This document shows, one piece after another, positions 1 to 9,481 of a stretch of DNA of 21,125 bases; the first letter of the stretch is position 1; every line of letters begins with the position of its first letter. Source of the DNA: Nitrosomonas europaea (lineage in GTDB: Bacteria; Pseudomonadota; Gammaproteobacteria; Burkholderiales; Nitrosomonadaceae); contig NZ_FUWK01000045.1 of NCBI RefSeq assembly GCF_900167395.1, positions 1 to 21,125 of the forward strand, given 5' to 3'. Position numbers and translations under genes: made by a program. The notes under the pieces are model-generated. The model saw only the letters and a program-made list of their open reading frames with translations. It searched no databases and was not told where the DNA came from.

Positions 1-223
1 CTGCTTCCGTCGCTTCTTCTACACGGTTCTTGATATTGGGCTTACGTCGGTTTGCATCTATCAGAGCTTCAACACCTCCTGTTTCCACAGCTGCCTGATA
101 GCGATAGAAAGTATCGCGAGAAAAACCCATCACCTTACAGGCACGGGATACATTGCCAAGCTCAGCTGCCAGATTAAGCAAGCCAATCTTGTGTTTAATG
201 ATTTTATGATGAACACTGCTCAT
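1..223 (-). CDS. IS481-like (DDE/integrase-core superfamily) transposase, N-terminal HTH portion; the 3' part runs off the left window edge
   Basis: The reverse complement from cat at 221-223 reads MSSVHHKIIKHKIGLLNLAAELGNVSRACKVMGFSRDTFYRYQAAVETGGVEALIDANRRKPNIKNRVEEATEA... with no stop before position 1. AAGGAG (rc of ctcctt, 231-236) lies 7 nt upstream of the ATG. From memory, the N-terminus resembles the HTH region of transposases usually annotated IS481 family. It is absent from the ORF track because it is open at the window edge. Confidence 0.75.
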   Translation of the reverse strand, partial: MSSVHHKIIKHKIGLLNLAAELGNVSRACKVMGFSRDTFYRYQAAVETGGVEALIDANRRKPNIKNRVEEATEA

Positions 224-434
224 GGGATTACTCCTTTACGCTTTCGCGTTTGGTTGATAAAGATTCGCACCTCTATCAAACCGGGTAATCCCACCTCTTG
301 GCAAGACCTGCTGTCAGATCAAATCTGAACTACTACATATTAGGGTAGTCTGATGTGCAGTCGAGTCGGTATTCATGGACAGTATTCCGCTTTTCCAGAG
401 AAGGAAAAGTCTTCTTATCCTCGTAACGGAACGA

Positions 435-1898
435 TCAGAATGGCAGTTGCTGCCAGAGATGGTCGATTCTGGTTTTGACTGCTGCATCCATTTCAATGGG
501 GCAACCCCATTCACGTGTTGTTTCACCCGGCCATTTGTTCGTAGCATCCAGACCCATTTTGCTGCCAAGTCCTGAAACCGGGCTGGCAAAATCGAGATAG
601 TCGATTGGAGTGTTTTCCACGATCAGAGTATCGCGTACCGGATCGACCCGGGTAGTCATCGCCCAGACAACTTCTTTCCAGTCACGGATATCGATGTCAT
701 CGTCGGTCACGATGATGAACTTGGTATACATGAACTGGCGCAGGAAACTCCAGATACCAAACATGACGCGCTTGGCATGGCCGGGATACTGCTTTTTCAT
801 GCTGACCACAGCGAGGCGGTAAGAACAGCCTTCCGGTGGCAGGTAAAAATCGGTAATTTCGGTGAATTGTTTCTGCAACAGCGGTACGAATACCTCGTTG
901 AGTGCTACCCCGAGAATGGCTGGCTCATCGGGCGGTTTGCCGGTGTAGGTGGAATGGTAAATCGGGTTGCGGCGCATGGTGATGCGTTCGATCGTGAAGA
1001 CTGGGAAGGTTTCCTGTTCGTTGTAATAGCCAGTATGGTCACCGTAGGGACCTTCTACTGCCATTTCATCCGGATGAATATAGCCTTCCAGTACGATCTC
1101 CGCGCTGGCGGGAACCTGTAAATCATGTGTCAGGCATTTGACGACTTCAGTTTTTGCCCCGCGCAGCAAACCGGCGAACTGATATTCGCTCAGGCTGTCA
1201 GGAACGGGAGTCACTGCACCGAGGATGGTTGCCGGATCAGCACCGAGTGCAACGGCAACAGGGTAGGGTTGTCCCGGATAAATTTGGCAAAAATCACGGT
1301 AATCCAGTGCTCCGCCGCGATGCGCCAGCCAGCGCATGATTACTTTGTTCGGAGCGATCACCTGCTGCCGGTAAATTCCCAGGTTTTGCCTTGATTTATG
1401 CGGGCCGCGTGTCACCGTAAGCCCCCAGGTGATCAGGGGTGCTACATCTCCCGGCCAGCAGGTCTGGATCGGCAGTTTGCCCAGATCGACATCGGCACCT
1501 TCCCATATGATTTCCTGGCAAGGGGCGCTGGCCAGTTGTTTGGGTGCCATATTGAGCACCTGCTTCAGTACCGGCAGTTTTTCCCAGGCGTCGCGCAATC
1601 CTTTGGGCGGATCGGGTTCCTTGAGATAGGCGAGCAGCTTGCCCACTTCACGCAGGGCGGAAACCGATGTCTGGCCCATGCCTAGCGCCACCCGTTCCGG
1701 TGTGCCGAACAGATTGCCCAGCACCGGGATAGTATGTCCGGCAGGCCGTTCGAACAGTACAGCCGGACCGGCCTGTTTGAGCAGACGATCACAGATTTCC
1801 GTCATCTCCAGGTGAGGGTCGACCTCGATATCCACGCGCTTCAGATCACCCCGTTGCTCAAGCTGTACGAGAAAATCACGCAAATCCTTGTATTTCAT
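435..1898 (-). CDS. ubiD: 4-hydroxy-3-polyprenylbenzoate decarboxylase (UbiD)
   Basis: ORF track 435..2078(-), trimmed to Met61 (cat at 1896-1898). [22 protein letters not shown] matches the canonical UbiD N-terminus. The 60 upstream codons overlap the ubiA 3' end. The result is 487 aa, the expected size. Confidence 0.93.
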   Translation of the reverse strand: MKYKDLRDFLVQLEQRGDLKRVDIEVDPHLEMTEICDRLLKQAGPAVLFERPAGHTIPVLGNLFGTPERVALGMGQTSVSALREVGKLLAYLKEPDPPKGLRDAWEKLPVLKQVLNMAPKQLASAPCQEIIWEGADVDLGKLPIQTCWPGDVAPLITWGLTVTRGPHKSRQNLGIYRQQVIAPNKVIMRWLAHRGGALDYRDFCQIYPGQPYPVAVALGADPATILGAVTPVPDSLSEYQFAGLLRGAKTEVVKCLTHDLQVPASAEIVLEGYIHPDEMAVEGPYGDHTGYYNEQETFPVFTIERITMRRNPIYHSTYTGKPPDEPAILGVALNEVFVPLLQKQFTEITDFYLPPEGCSYRLAVVSMKKQYPGHAKRVMFGIWSFLRQFMYTKFIIVTDDDIDIRDWKEVVWAMTTRVDPVRDTLIVENTPIDYLDFASPVSGLGSKMGLDATNKWPGETTREWGCPIEMDAAVKTRIDHLWQQLPF

Positions 1899-1968
1899 AA
1901 AGCAGGCCCGGTGGTTGTAAGTGAGTTGAGCGGCGTGTAATGGGGTTGGAGCTGATCCTGAATCTTCG

Positions 1969-2862
1969 TCAGAATGATTGATCGGTTCTGAACAGCGTAT
2001 CCAGCAATATACCCGCAAATATGACTGCACCGATCCAGTTATTATGCAGAAATGCCTGGAAACAGCGAGAAGGTTCACGTTTGCGGATCATGCCGTATTG
2101 AACGATGACCAGGCCTAATGCAACCAGCAGGGCGCCATAAAACCAGATGCCACGTTGCAGCAATATGCCTGCGTAAGTCAGGGTGCTCAGGAAAATGATA
2201 TGGCATAGCAGAATCCCTGCCACATCAAACCGACCGAGCGTAATAGCAGATGTTCTGATACCGATTTTCAGATCGTCCGCGCGATCCACCAGCGCATATT
2301 CGGTATCGTAAGCGATCACCCAGAACAGGTTGGCCAGTACCAGTAGCCATGCAAGCGGCGGAACGGTACCGGTTTGTGCTGCAAACGCCATGGGAATACC
2401 GAAACTGAATGCGATACCCAGATATGCTTGTGGCATGGCAAAAAAGCGTTTGGTAAATGGATAGGAAGCCGCAAGGAACAGGGCTGGTACGGATAGCTGG
2501 ATCGTCAGCAGATTGAGCGGCAGTATCAGCAGGAATGCGCACAAACTCAATCCGGCGGCGATCAGCAATGCTTCTCGTGCAGTAATGAGGCCGGCCGCCA
2601 GCGGACGGTTGCGGGTACGAGAAACGTGAGGATCGATGCGCCGGTCGGCAAAATCGTTGATGGCGCAACCAGCAGAGCGCATCAGAATTGTACCGAGAAT
2701 GAAAATCACCAGAATCATCGGATCCGGCATGCCGTCAGCCGCCAGCCACAATCCCCATAATGTCGGCCACAGCAGTAACAGAATACCGATGGGTTTATCC
2801 AGCCGGATCAGCCGGGTGTATGCGGAAAGCCGGTCTGCGAAAGTCATGTTTACAGAAGTCAT
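1969..2862 (-). CDS. ubiA: 4-hydroxybenzoate polyprenyltransferase (UbiA)
   Basis: ORF 1969..3057(-), trimmed to [12 protein letters not shown] (cat at 2860-2862; alternative Met at 2845-2847) because the longer form overlaps ubiC. It has the Asp-rich prenyltransferase motif NDFADRRID and is hydrophobic and multi-TM throughout. About 297 aa. Confidence 0.9.
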   Translation of the reverse strand: MTSVNMTFADRLSAYTRLIRLDKPIGILLLLWPTLWGLWLAADGMPDPMILVIFILGTILMRSAGCAINDFADRRIDPHVSRTRNRPLAAGLITAREALLIAAGLSLCAFLLILPLNLLTIQLSVPALFLAASYPFTKRFFAMPQAYLGIAFSFGIPMAFAAQTGTVPPLAWLLVLANLFWVIAYDTEYALVDRADDLKIGIRTSAITLGRFDVAGILLCHIIFLSTLTYAGILLQRGIWFYGALLVALGLVIVQYGMIRKREPSRCFQAFLHNNWIGAVIFAGILLDTLFRTDQSF

Positions 2863-2935
2863 AAGAATGGGTTCAGTAATGTATCCGGGCCTGATGGATC
2901 GATCAGGATAAGGTATGGCGTATTTTACTACTGCC

Positions 2936-3472
2936 TCAGAGTCTGCGGATTGCGGGCAGAAATACCTCGGTGACGAGTATCGGCTGATGTTGCAGGATGA
3001 ATAACGAGCGCCTTGCCCAGAGATCGGCCGGGCGGTTCTGCAGTCGTTTGCAGGCACGTTCGAACAGCGGGTGGTGCGGTTTCAGTTTCTTGAAAGCAAG
3101 AGGAGTGCGCTGTATCAGTGGGTTGGTAAACAGCATGGTGCCCAGTGACTGATTGCCCAGGCGGCTCAGGCCGCGCCATGCACCTCGTAAATGTTCTTTT
3201 CTGACGATCGAATGAGCAAATACAACCGGTGTTTCGTTACAGCGCAAATAAACCTCCCTTACCAGTGCCCGGGTCTGTCTGCGCAGGTTCATGACTTCCA
3301 GCTCATCGATACACGCCGTTGCCAGTGCCTGAAAAATAGGTTCGACACGAAAATGTTCACAGCGATCCTGAATCAGGCGGGTGAGAGAACCCCGGTGAGT
3401 CAGCCACCAGTGAAGGTCGACGGGAGCGGAAACAGGTGCAGGATGCCACGCCAGAGGCGGGTTAACCTTCAT
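2936..3472 (-). CDS. ubiC: chorismate pyruvate-lyase (UbiC)
   Basis: 178-aa ORF directly upstream of ubiA. It has a UbiC-like [14 protein letters not shown] segment and a C-terminal ILVTEVFLP segment. The ubiC-ubiA order matches the classical ubiCA operon. Confidence 0.85.
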   Translation of the reverse strand: MKVNPPLAWHPAPVSAPVDLHWWLTHRGSLTRLIQDRCEHFRVEPIFQALATACIDELEVMNLRRQTRALVREVYLRCNETPVVFAHSIVRKEHLRGAWRGLSRLGNQSLGTMLFTNPLIQRTPLAFKKLKPHHPLFERACKRLQNRPADLWARRSLFILQHQPILVTEVFLPAIRRL

Positions 3473-3568
3473 TACAGCAGAAATGAAGGAACGGGACGGT
3501 AGCCATGATACGAATCTGAATAACCATTGGGACCAGGCCGATAATTGTTATATCGTTTTCCAGCCGTA

Positions 3569-3976
3569 TCAGGCCGGTACCCGGTGGTGTGAAGTGTGTT
3601 TACGTACCGTGTCGAGCAGTGCTTCTTTGGTAAACGGCTTGGTAAGATATTCATCAGAGCCGACCATTCTGCCGCGCGCGCGATCGAACAATCCGCTCTT
3701 GCTGGAGAGCATGATCACTGGCACAGACTGATATCTGGGGTTCTTTTTGATCAGCATACAGGCCTGGTAGCCATCCAGCCGTGGCATGACGATATCCAGA
3801 AAAATGATATCCGGCTGACAGTCGATGACCTTGGCCATTGCATCAAATCCATCTGTAGCCAGAATGACCTCGCAGCCGGAGTGTGCGAGAAAAATTTCCG
3901 CGCTGCGCCGGATGGTATTGCTGTCATCAACCACCATTACTTTGATACCTGCTAAATCATTTGCCGTTTCAGTCAC
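3569..3976 (-). CDS. single-domain CheY-like response regulator (PilG/PilH-like receiver)
   Basis: 135 aa with a GTG start (cac at 3974-3976) and AAGGGG 5 nt upstream. Receiver signatures are present: VVDDS acidic pocket, FLDIVMP phospho-acceptor Asp, and LTKPF. The segment MLSSKSGLFDRARGRMVGSDEYLTKPF is PilG-like. There is no output domain. Confidence 0.85.
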   Translation of the reverse strand: MTETANDLAGIKVMVVDDSNTIRRSAEIFLAHSGCEVILATDGFDAMAKVIDCQPDIIFLDIVMPRLDGYQACMLIKKNPRYQSVPVIMLSSKSGLFDRARGRMVGSDEYLTKPFTKEALLDTVRKHTSHHRVPA

Positions 3977-4094
3977 GATTTCCCCTTATTTCCAAGGTTT
4001 CCTTGCCAAGCTATCTTTCCGCTGCAGTCAGATTTTTGCCCGTTATGATAACGCATTATCGGCCGATCCGATTCGATCTGAATATTCTGCGGCG

Positions 4095-5564
4095 TCATCT
4101 CCGCCAGAAGGCGGGGGTGAAAACAATCATCAGCGTATAAAATTCCAGCCTGCCCAGGAACATGCCAAAGCTGCACAGCCAGATCTGGAAATCGTTGAGC
4201 GATGCATAGGTCATGGCCGGACCGACTGCTCCCAGACCTGCTCCCAGATTGTTCAGGCAGGCGACAGCAGCCGAGAAGGCAGTAATCTCATCCAGGCCAC
4301 TTAACGTCAGCGCCAGCGTCATCAGAACGATGCTGATCAGATAGACGAAAAAAAATCCCAGAATGGCAAAGATGATTTCATTGGTAATGATGCTTCTGCC
4401 GATTTTGATCAGTGAAACTGCACGCGGGTGCATGATGATGATCATTTCACGAAAAAATTGCTGAAACAGGATACGTGCCCGGATCATTTTGATACCGCCG
4501 CCAGTCGAGCCCGATGAAGTGCAGAAACCCGATAAAAACAGCATCCAGAGCGGAGCAAAGATCGGCCAGAGGGCATAGTCGGTGTTACTGTAGCCGGCAG
4601 TGGTGGCAGTGGAAACCACATTGAAAGCCGCATAGCGCAAGGCAACCAGAGGATCCGTATAAATGCCTTTTATCCAGAGGAACCCGGCTACTCCGATACA
4701 ACTGGCCAGCGTGATCAGGATATACAGTTTTGCTTCCGGGTCGGCACGATAAGGGGAGAAGCTTTTGGCGCGCCAGGCAACGAAATGGGATGAGAAATTG
4801 ATACCGGCAATCAGCATGAACAATATAGCGATTGCCTCGATCAGCGGAGAATTCCAGTATCCATAACTGGAGTCATGCGTGGAAAACCCTCCCAATCCCA
4901 GCGTGCTCAGCGCGTGAGCGATCGCATCGAATGGAGTCATTCCAGCCAACCGGTAGGCAATCATACAAGTAAGCGTCAGCGTGACATAGATCAGCCATAA
5001 CCGCTTGGCGGTCTCGGCGATTCGTGGTGTCAGTCGGGATTCTTTTATCGGCCCGGGGATCTCGGCGCTGAGAAGCTGCCTGCCCCCGACACCGAGCATG
5101 GGCAGAATCGCCACGGCCAGTACGATCAGGCCCATTCCGCCCAGCCAGGCCATGAGGCAGCGCCACAGATTGATGGCATAAGGAAGCTCATCGAGCCGTG
5201 TCAGTATCGTTGCTCCGGTCGAGGTCAGACCGGAAGCTGCTTCAAAATACGCTTTGGCGATACCGAGTTCCGGCAAATACCAGACCAGGGGCAGCATGCC
5301 AAACAAGGGCAGCGACAGCCAGACCAGCACCACCAGCAGAAACCCGTCACGAATCTGCAGTTCCCGCTTGAAGCGATAAGTCAGTATCCATATAGTAGCA
5401 CCACACCCGAGCGTAACGGACAGTGCATCGAGAAAAACCGACAGTGATCCATCCAGCGTCCAGTAAGCAACTCCGCAGGGGATCAGCAGAACCAGCCCGA
5501 ACATCATGACCATGCGGCCCAGGATGTTGGCTACTGCCAGGAAATGACTCAGGACATGGCCCAT
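4095..5564 (-). CDS. trkH: Trk-type potassium uptake membrane subunit (TrkH)
   Basis: 489-aa polytopic membrane ORF with TrkH-like repeated pore-loop segments (SGLTSTGAT, LGLGGFS, TTAGYS, GSTGGGIK). It lies 9 nt downstream of trkA. Confidence 0.92.
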   Translation of the reverse strand: MGHVLSHFLAVANILGRMVMMFGLVLLIPCGVAYWTLDGSLSVFLDALSVTLGCGATIWILTYRFKRELQIRDGFLLVVLVWLSLPLFGMLPLVWYLPELGIAKAYFEAASGLTSTGATILTRLDELPYAINLWRCLMAWLGGMGLIVLAVAILPMLGVGGRQLLSAEIPGPIKESRLTPRIAETAKRLWLIYVTLTLTCMIAYRLAGMTPFDAIAHALSTLGLGGFSTHDSSYGYWNSPLIEAIAILFMLIAGINFSSHFVAWRAKSFSPYRADPEAKLYILITLASCIGVAGFLWIKGIYTDPLVALRYAAFNVVSTATTAGYSNTDYALWPIFAPLWMLFLSGFCTSSGSTGGGIKMIRARILFQQFFREMIIIMHPRAVSLIKIGRSIITNEIIFAILGFFFVYLISIVLMTLALTLSGLDEITAFSAAVACLNNLGAGLGAVGPAMTYASLNDFQIWLCSFGMFLGRLEFYTLMIVFTPAFWRR

Positions 5565-5573
5565 GGTGCCTGA

Positions 5574-7019
5574 TTACAGAAACCCCACATTCACCTGAAA
5601 CAGTTTCTCCACCTGCCGTACCATTTTTTTGTTGACGACGAACAGGATGACATGATCATTCTGTTCGATCACGGTATCGTGATGGGCAATGATGACCTGT
5701 GCCTGCTTCCATTGAGCTAAGATACTGTCTTCTTCCTGTTCGGACAGGTTCCGGTAAACATCCCCCGGTGGCAGTCCGCGCACGATAGCGCCGATGGTGG
5801 TGCTTCTGGGCAATTTGATTTCTTCGATTTTGCGGCCGACCACCCGGGAAGAACGGGTATCACCATGTGCGACCAGCTCCAGCGCCTCGGCTGCACCGCG
5901 CCGCAGGCTGTGCACCACGGCTACATCTCCCTGGCGGACATAAGCCAGCAGTGATCCAATCGTGACTTGTGCGGGCGAAATGGCAATATCGATGCCACTG
6001 TCTTGCATCAGATCCACGTACATACTGCGGTTGATCAGGGCGATCACCTTGCGTGCACCCATGCGTTTGGCCATCAGCGCAGCCATGATGTTGTTTTCCT
6101 CATCATCAGTCAACGCACAGAATATGTCCATTTCACTGATATTTTCACTCTCCAGCAGCTCTTCGTCAGTGACATTACCATGTAGAATCAGCGTGTTATG
6201 CAAATTCTGAGTCAGTGATTCACATACTTTGATATCCCGCTCGATGATCCGTACCTGGTGAGACTGTTGTAATACCTCCGCCAGCCGGCGGCCAATTCTG
6301 CCACCGCCTGCAATCATCACTCGCCTGACGGATTTGTCCATGCGGCGTAGTTCACCCATGACGGCACGAATGTCGCTGGAGGAAGCGATGAAAAATACCT
6401 CATCACCTTCTTCGACGATGGTGCTGCCTTCAGGAATGATCGGGTGGTTATGGCGGAAAATTGCTGCAACCCGGGTATCCAGATTGGGGACGTGCCGGCG
6501 CAATTCCTTCAACTGGCGTCCGATCAGCGGACCGCCGCGAATAGCTTTCACCGCTACCAGACTGACCTTGCCGGAGGCAAAATCGAGCACTTGCAGCGCA
6601 CCCGGAAACTCGATCAGCTTTTCTATGTATTTGGTCAGTATCCGTTCCGGACAAATCGCAAAATCGACACAGAAATTTTCCCGGGAGAATATGTCCGGGT
6701 GATCCAGGTAATCCACGGTACGGATACGGGCAATCCGGGTAGGGGTGTTGAACATGCTTGCAGCCAGCTTGCATGCAACCAGATTGGTTTCATCGCTTCC
6801 GGTAAGTGCCAGTATCATGTCGGCATCTTCCATGCCCGCCTGAATCATGATGTCAGGGTGAGAGGCACTGCCGACGACAGTACGCAAGTCCAGCCGCTCC
6901 TGCAACAGGCTGAGCCTGTTCCTTACCAGATCGACTACCGTAATATCATTGGATTCGCTGGCCAGGCTTTCAGCCACGGTCGAACCGACACGGCCAGCTC
7001 CCAGGATGACAATTTTCAT
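5574..7019 (-). CDS. trkA: Trk system NAD-binding peripheral subunit (TrkA)
   Basis: 481 aa with duplicated RCK/Rossmann N-termini (MKIVILGAGRVGS and VMIAGGGRIGRRLA). This is the classical two-repeat TrkA architecture. Confidence 0.93.
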   Translation of the reverse strand: MKIVILGAGRVGSTVAESLASESNDITVVDLVRNRLSLLQERLDLRTVVGSASHPDIMIQAGMEDADMILALTGSDETNLVACKLAASMFNTPTRIARIRTVDYLDHPDIFSRENFCVDFAICPERILTKYIEKLIEFPGALQVLDFASGKVSLVAVKAIRGGPLIGRQLKELRRHVPNLDTRVAAIFRHNHPIIPEGSTIVEEGDEVFFIASSSDIRAVMGELRRMDKSVRRVMIAGGGRIGRRLAEVLQQSHQVRIIERDIKVCESLTQNLHNTLILHGNVTDEELLESENISEMDIFCALTDDEENNIMAALMAKRMGARKVIALINRSMYVDLMQDSGIDIAISPAQVTIGSLLAYVRQGDVAVVHSLRRGAAEALELVAHGDTRSSRVVGRKIEEIKLPRSTTIGAIVRGLPPGDVYRNLSEQEEDSILAQWKQAQVIIAHHDTVIEQNDHVILFVVNKKMVRQVEKLFQVNVGFL

Positions 7020-7292
7020 TAACGGTACCCGTTTTATAAGCTGATGACAGGGGGTGCAATAATTCGTGTGCCGTTTACCGGCAGATCATGGAGTAGTGGT
7101 GTGTGGGAGGAAGAGTACCTTGTATTCATTATCCTGATCTGGAGAAGCGGGTTATACCGATCGCGTATATCGTGGCGGAGTATTTTACTCTTCCCTGCCT
7201 GCATCTGTCTTTCCCCAATCGGCTTCTGTTTCTGTGCAGGGAAATTTCTGGGTTGAAGGTATTAAAAATATTCGTAAGTGATTGAGCATATC

Positions 7293-8567
7293 CTAATAAC
7301 GCAGCCATTTCAGGGAAGCCACCCGCTGTTCGATCTTATCCATCATTTCGTGATAGCGGGGGCTGCTGGTACTTCCAAAGCGCGCTTTGAAGGCAGTTTC
7401 GGACATGTGTTCGGGCAGATCGGACCAGTGTGGGATGAGGTCGGTGTCGTGTATTCCAGCCAGAATGATGTTCCGCATCCGGCGTGCTGAATCCTGGCTG
7501 GCCATGGCTTTCTCGGCAAAACGGGTTCCTGAGCGATCTGCCATGAGGTCGTTGAAGGAAAATCCGCTGCCGGAACGTGAATCTTCCAGCTCTTTATATA
7601 AACCAATGGCGTTGGACAGGGTTGTATCCGAGTAAGCAGTAATCACTGCGGAAGCCATGAAGTGCATGGCCAGATCGTTGCGTCCATCCAGGGTGACATT
7701 GATTCTGACCGGATCCGGCCAGTCGGCTGTTTCCGGGATGACCAGCCTGAGCGGGAATTGAACGACATGAAATGCCGTTACCAGAATTGCGGCGCGGAAT
7801 TCTTCCAGCACGTTTCCATTGGGCGAATGACGAACGGTTTCCTGCATGATCTGTGTCAGTATCTCTGACAGCGTAATGGTGTGTGAAACCCGTTTACGAT
7901 TCTGTTCGTTGAGGAAATGGTGATAGTGCGACAGCTTGTCCAGCGCCTGCCGGTCAAAAAAAGGCAGGCTGACGGGGGAGTAACTGGCTTTGTCGATTCC
8001 CCATCCTTTCCAGAAATAAGAAATTGCTACTTCATTGCGGGAAAACCGCAGTTTTCTGAAAGCATCGAGGCCGGCGCGCGCATCTGGACTGGCAGTCTGC
8101 AGCCATGCCAGCAGCTTTTCGGTCAGTTGACCGGCAAGAATATCCGGGATCTGTATTTTCCCGATGCTTACCGAGCTGAGCTCGGGAAAGCTTTTGCCTT
8201 CGGTCAGTGTAGCCTGCAGATTGAGATAGCCTGTGATCATTCCCGGGGGTATCGGCAGGCTGAGCTGTATCTGTGCGCTTTTGTCGTGCATGGTGACTTT
8301 TGCATGTCCCTGAGCGAGATGATATGCAAGATAATTCAGAGCATTATCGAGATCATCTGCCTGGATTCTGACTGTGGCCGATGTGCCGGGACGTACCTGG
8401 TAACGGTGTGTATCGAGAATATCTTTGGCACGGGCAATCTGTTCCGGTGTGATGGAGATTTCTCGTTCAATCCGGGGATGACTGTCGATGGCAAGGTAAG
8501 TCATGATTGCCAGGGTGACAACCAGAATCAGGGTGCAGATTCCTGTCAGATTGAGTAATTTCCACAT
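7293..8567 (-). CDS. conserved-looking hypothetical protein with an N-terminal membrane anchor (function unknown)
   Basis: 424-aa ORF. It has an N-terminal hydrophobic helix (LTGICTLILVVTLAIMTYLAI) followed by a soluble body with no family motif I can name. It sits downstream of and co-directional with the Slp-like gene. Confidence 0.7.
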   Translation of the reverse strand: MWKLLNLTGICTLILVVTLAIMTYLAIDSHPRIEREISITPEQIARAKDILDTHRYQVRPGTSATVRIQADDLDNALNYLAYHLAQGHAKVTMHDKSAQIQLSLPIPPGMITGYLNLQATLTEGKSFPELSSVSIGKIQIPDILAGQLTEKLLAWLQTASPDARAGLDAFRKLRFSRNEVAISYFWKGWGIDKASYSPVSLPFFDRQALDKLSHYHHFLNEQNRKRVSHTITLSEILTQIMQETVRHSPNGNVLEEFRAAILVTAFHVVQFPLRLVIPETADWPDPVRINVTLDGRNDLAMHFMASAVITAYSDTTLSNAIGLYKELEDSRSGSGFSFNDLMADRSGTRFAEKAMASQDSARRMRNIILAGIHDTDLIPHWSDLPEHMSETAFKARFGSTSSPRYHEMMDKIEQRVASLKWLRY

Positions 8568-8593
8568 GCCGGATGAGTGTTGTCGGATATCGG

Positions 8594-8617
8594 GCCGGCC
8601 ACTTTCAGGTGGCCGGC
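8594..8617 (-). terminator. GC-rich hairpin between the slp-like gene and the downstream hypothetical gene
   Basis: gccggccac (8594-8602) / gtggccggc (8609-8617): a perfect 9-bp stem with a 6-nt loop. No clear U-tract follows on the minus strand, so it may be an attenuator or stabiliser rather than a strong terminator. Confidence 0.35.
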
Positions 8618-8682
8618 TGCTTCATTGTTTACGGTATGAATCGGTAAAATATTGATTGCCCTGAATGTCCCGGGTACTCGTG

Positions 8683-9231
8683 TCACCACCAGAACCGGTA
8701 GGGCCGGTAATACCCGTTGTAGAAAAACGGGTAGCCATATCCATAATAACCGGGATAGGGTCCGTAACGGTACAGGTTGTCTTCACGATAGGCCTGCGGC
8801 CAGAGATGGATGGTCTTGGCAGTGATGAGTGGAATATGGATGGTTTTGTTTCCGATTGTGCGTTCGATATTTCCTTTTACTGTGCCGATGACGGTTACTT
8901 CTACACCTTTGGTATAAATTGCTGGATCGAGAAACTCATTGATCTCTACCGCGAAACGTCCTTCTCCGGGTTTTCTGGTTTCCGGGTATCCGCTGCGATC
9001 GAGCGGATGAAAAAGCACCTGCATCAGACTGAAATCCGTTTCGTTTTCCACCTCGATCACAGTCCCTCCCCAGCGAACCGGTGCATCCTTATAGGTTTCA
9101 GCGTTCTGGCTGACTGGCTGGTAAGGGATATCCACTGCTGAAAAATTTCTGATTTCAGGCGGCATGCTGGTGCAGGCGCCGATGAGAAACAAAGTGCACG
9201 ACAGGAGAAGGGGCAGGGTATGGGTTTTCAT
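8683..9231 (-). CDS. slp: Slp-family outer-membrane lipoprotein
   Basis: ORF 8683..9339(-), trimmed to MKTHTLPLLLSCTLFLIGAC (cat at 9229-9231, GAGGA RBS upstream). It has the lipobox L-I-G-A-C, and the body resembles the Slp family (VRWGGTVIEVENE...). The C-terminus is a Tyr/Gly/Pro-rich tail. Confidence 0.8.
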   Translation of the reverse strand: MKTHTLPLLLSCTLFLIGACTSMPPEIRNFSAVDIPYQPVSQNAETYKDAPVRWGGTVIEVENETDFSLMQVLFHPLDRSGYPETRKPGEGRFAVEINEFLDPAIYTKGVEVTVIGTVKGNIERTIGNKTIHIPLITAKTIHLWPQAYREDNLYRYGPYPGYYGYGYPFFYNGYYRPYRFWW

Positions 9232-9481
9232 ATTTTTTCCTCGACGGATAAAGTGGAAAAGTGTAAACCTCAAGTTGGACAAACACTCCGCCTGGATGTT
9301 CGGCGCAGACAATACGCGATTTACCAGGTTTCTGATCAAACCAGTTTATTCCGTTTGATTGAAAGGTATAATAACGACTTTTACAGCCGGCCCCGGATTA
9401 TCTTGCCTGATTTCATCTTTCACATGTTTTCGCATAGCGCAGCCGGTTCAATACAAGGTATAAGGCTGAGGGATCACTGAT

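Noticed and set aside
390-409. cttttcc-agagaa-ggaaaag hairpin after the ubiD stop, considered as a terminator
   Set aside because: It is only a 7-bp AT-rich stem with no U-tract in the ubiD direction, which is too weak to call.
1899-2078. 60-codon N-terminal extension of the ubiD ORF (track ORF 435..2078)
   Set aside because: The extension overlaps the 3' end of ubiA and is not protein-like. The canonical UbiD N-terminus MKYKDLRDF begins at Met61.
2863-3057. N-terminal extension of the ubiA ORF (track ORF 1969..3057)
   Set aside because: It overlaps the ubiC coding region in another frame. UbiA homology (LDKPIG..., expected length about 290 aa) begins near [12 protein letters not shown].
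7020-7292. 273-bp trkA upstream region with a 9-bp inverted repeat (ggaagagta 7109-7117 / tactcttcc 7186-7194) and two 60-70-aa ORFs; considered as a possible K+-responsive leader/riboswitch or a small gene
   Set aside because: A single 9-bp repeat with a 68-nt spacer is weak evidence. I recognise no known riboswitch consensus. The small ORFs lack an RBS and have implausible Cys/Phe-rich sequences.
5962-8558. Long antisense ORFs opposite trkA (6334..6702, 6444..7022, 6448..6774) and opposite the 424-aa gene (7917..8558). The same pattern occurs opposite rplY (14163..14807) and ychF (15600..16581).
   Set aside because: All lie within strongly supported genes on the other strand. They have no family signatures and have odd composition. 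They are shadow ORFs.
9367-9372. Perfect TATAAT hexamer in the slp/minC divergent intergenic region, considered as the minC promoter -10
   Set aside because: There is no acceptable -35 at 16-18 bp (best is TTTATT) and no extended -10. It cannot be distinguished from a chance AT-rich hexamer without transcript mapping.
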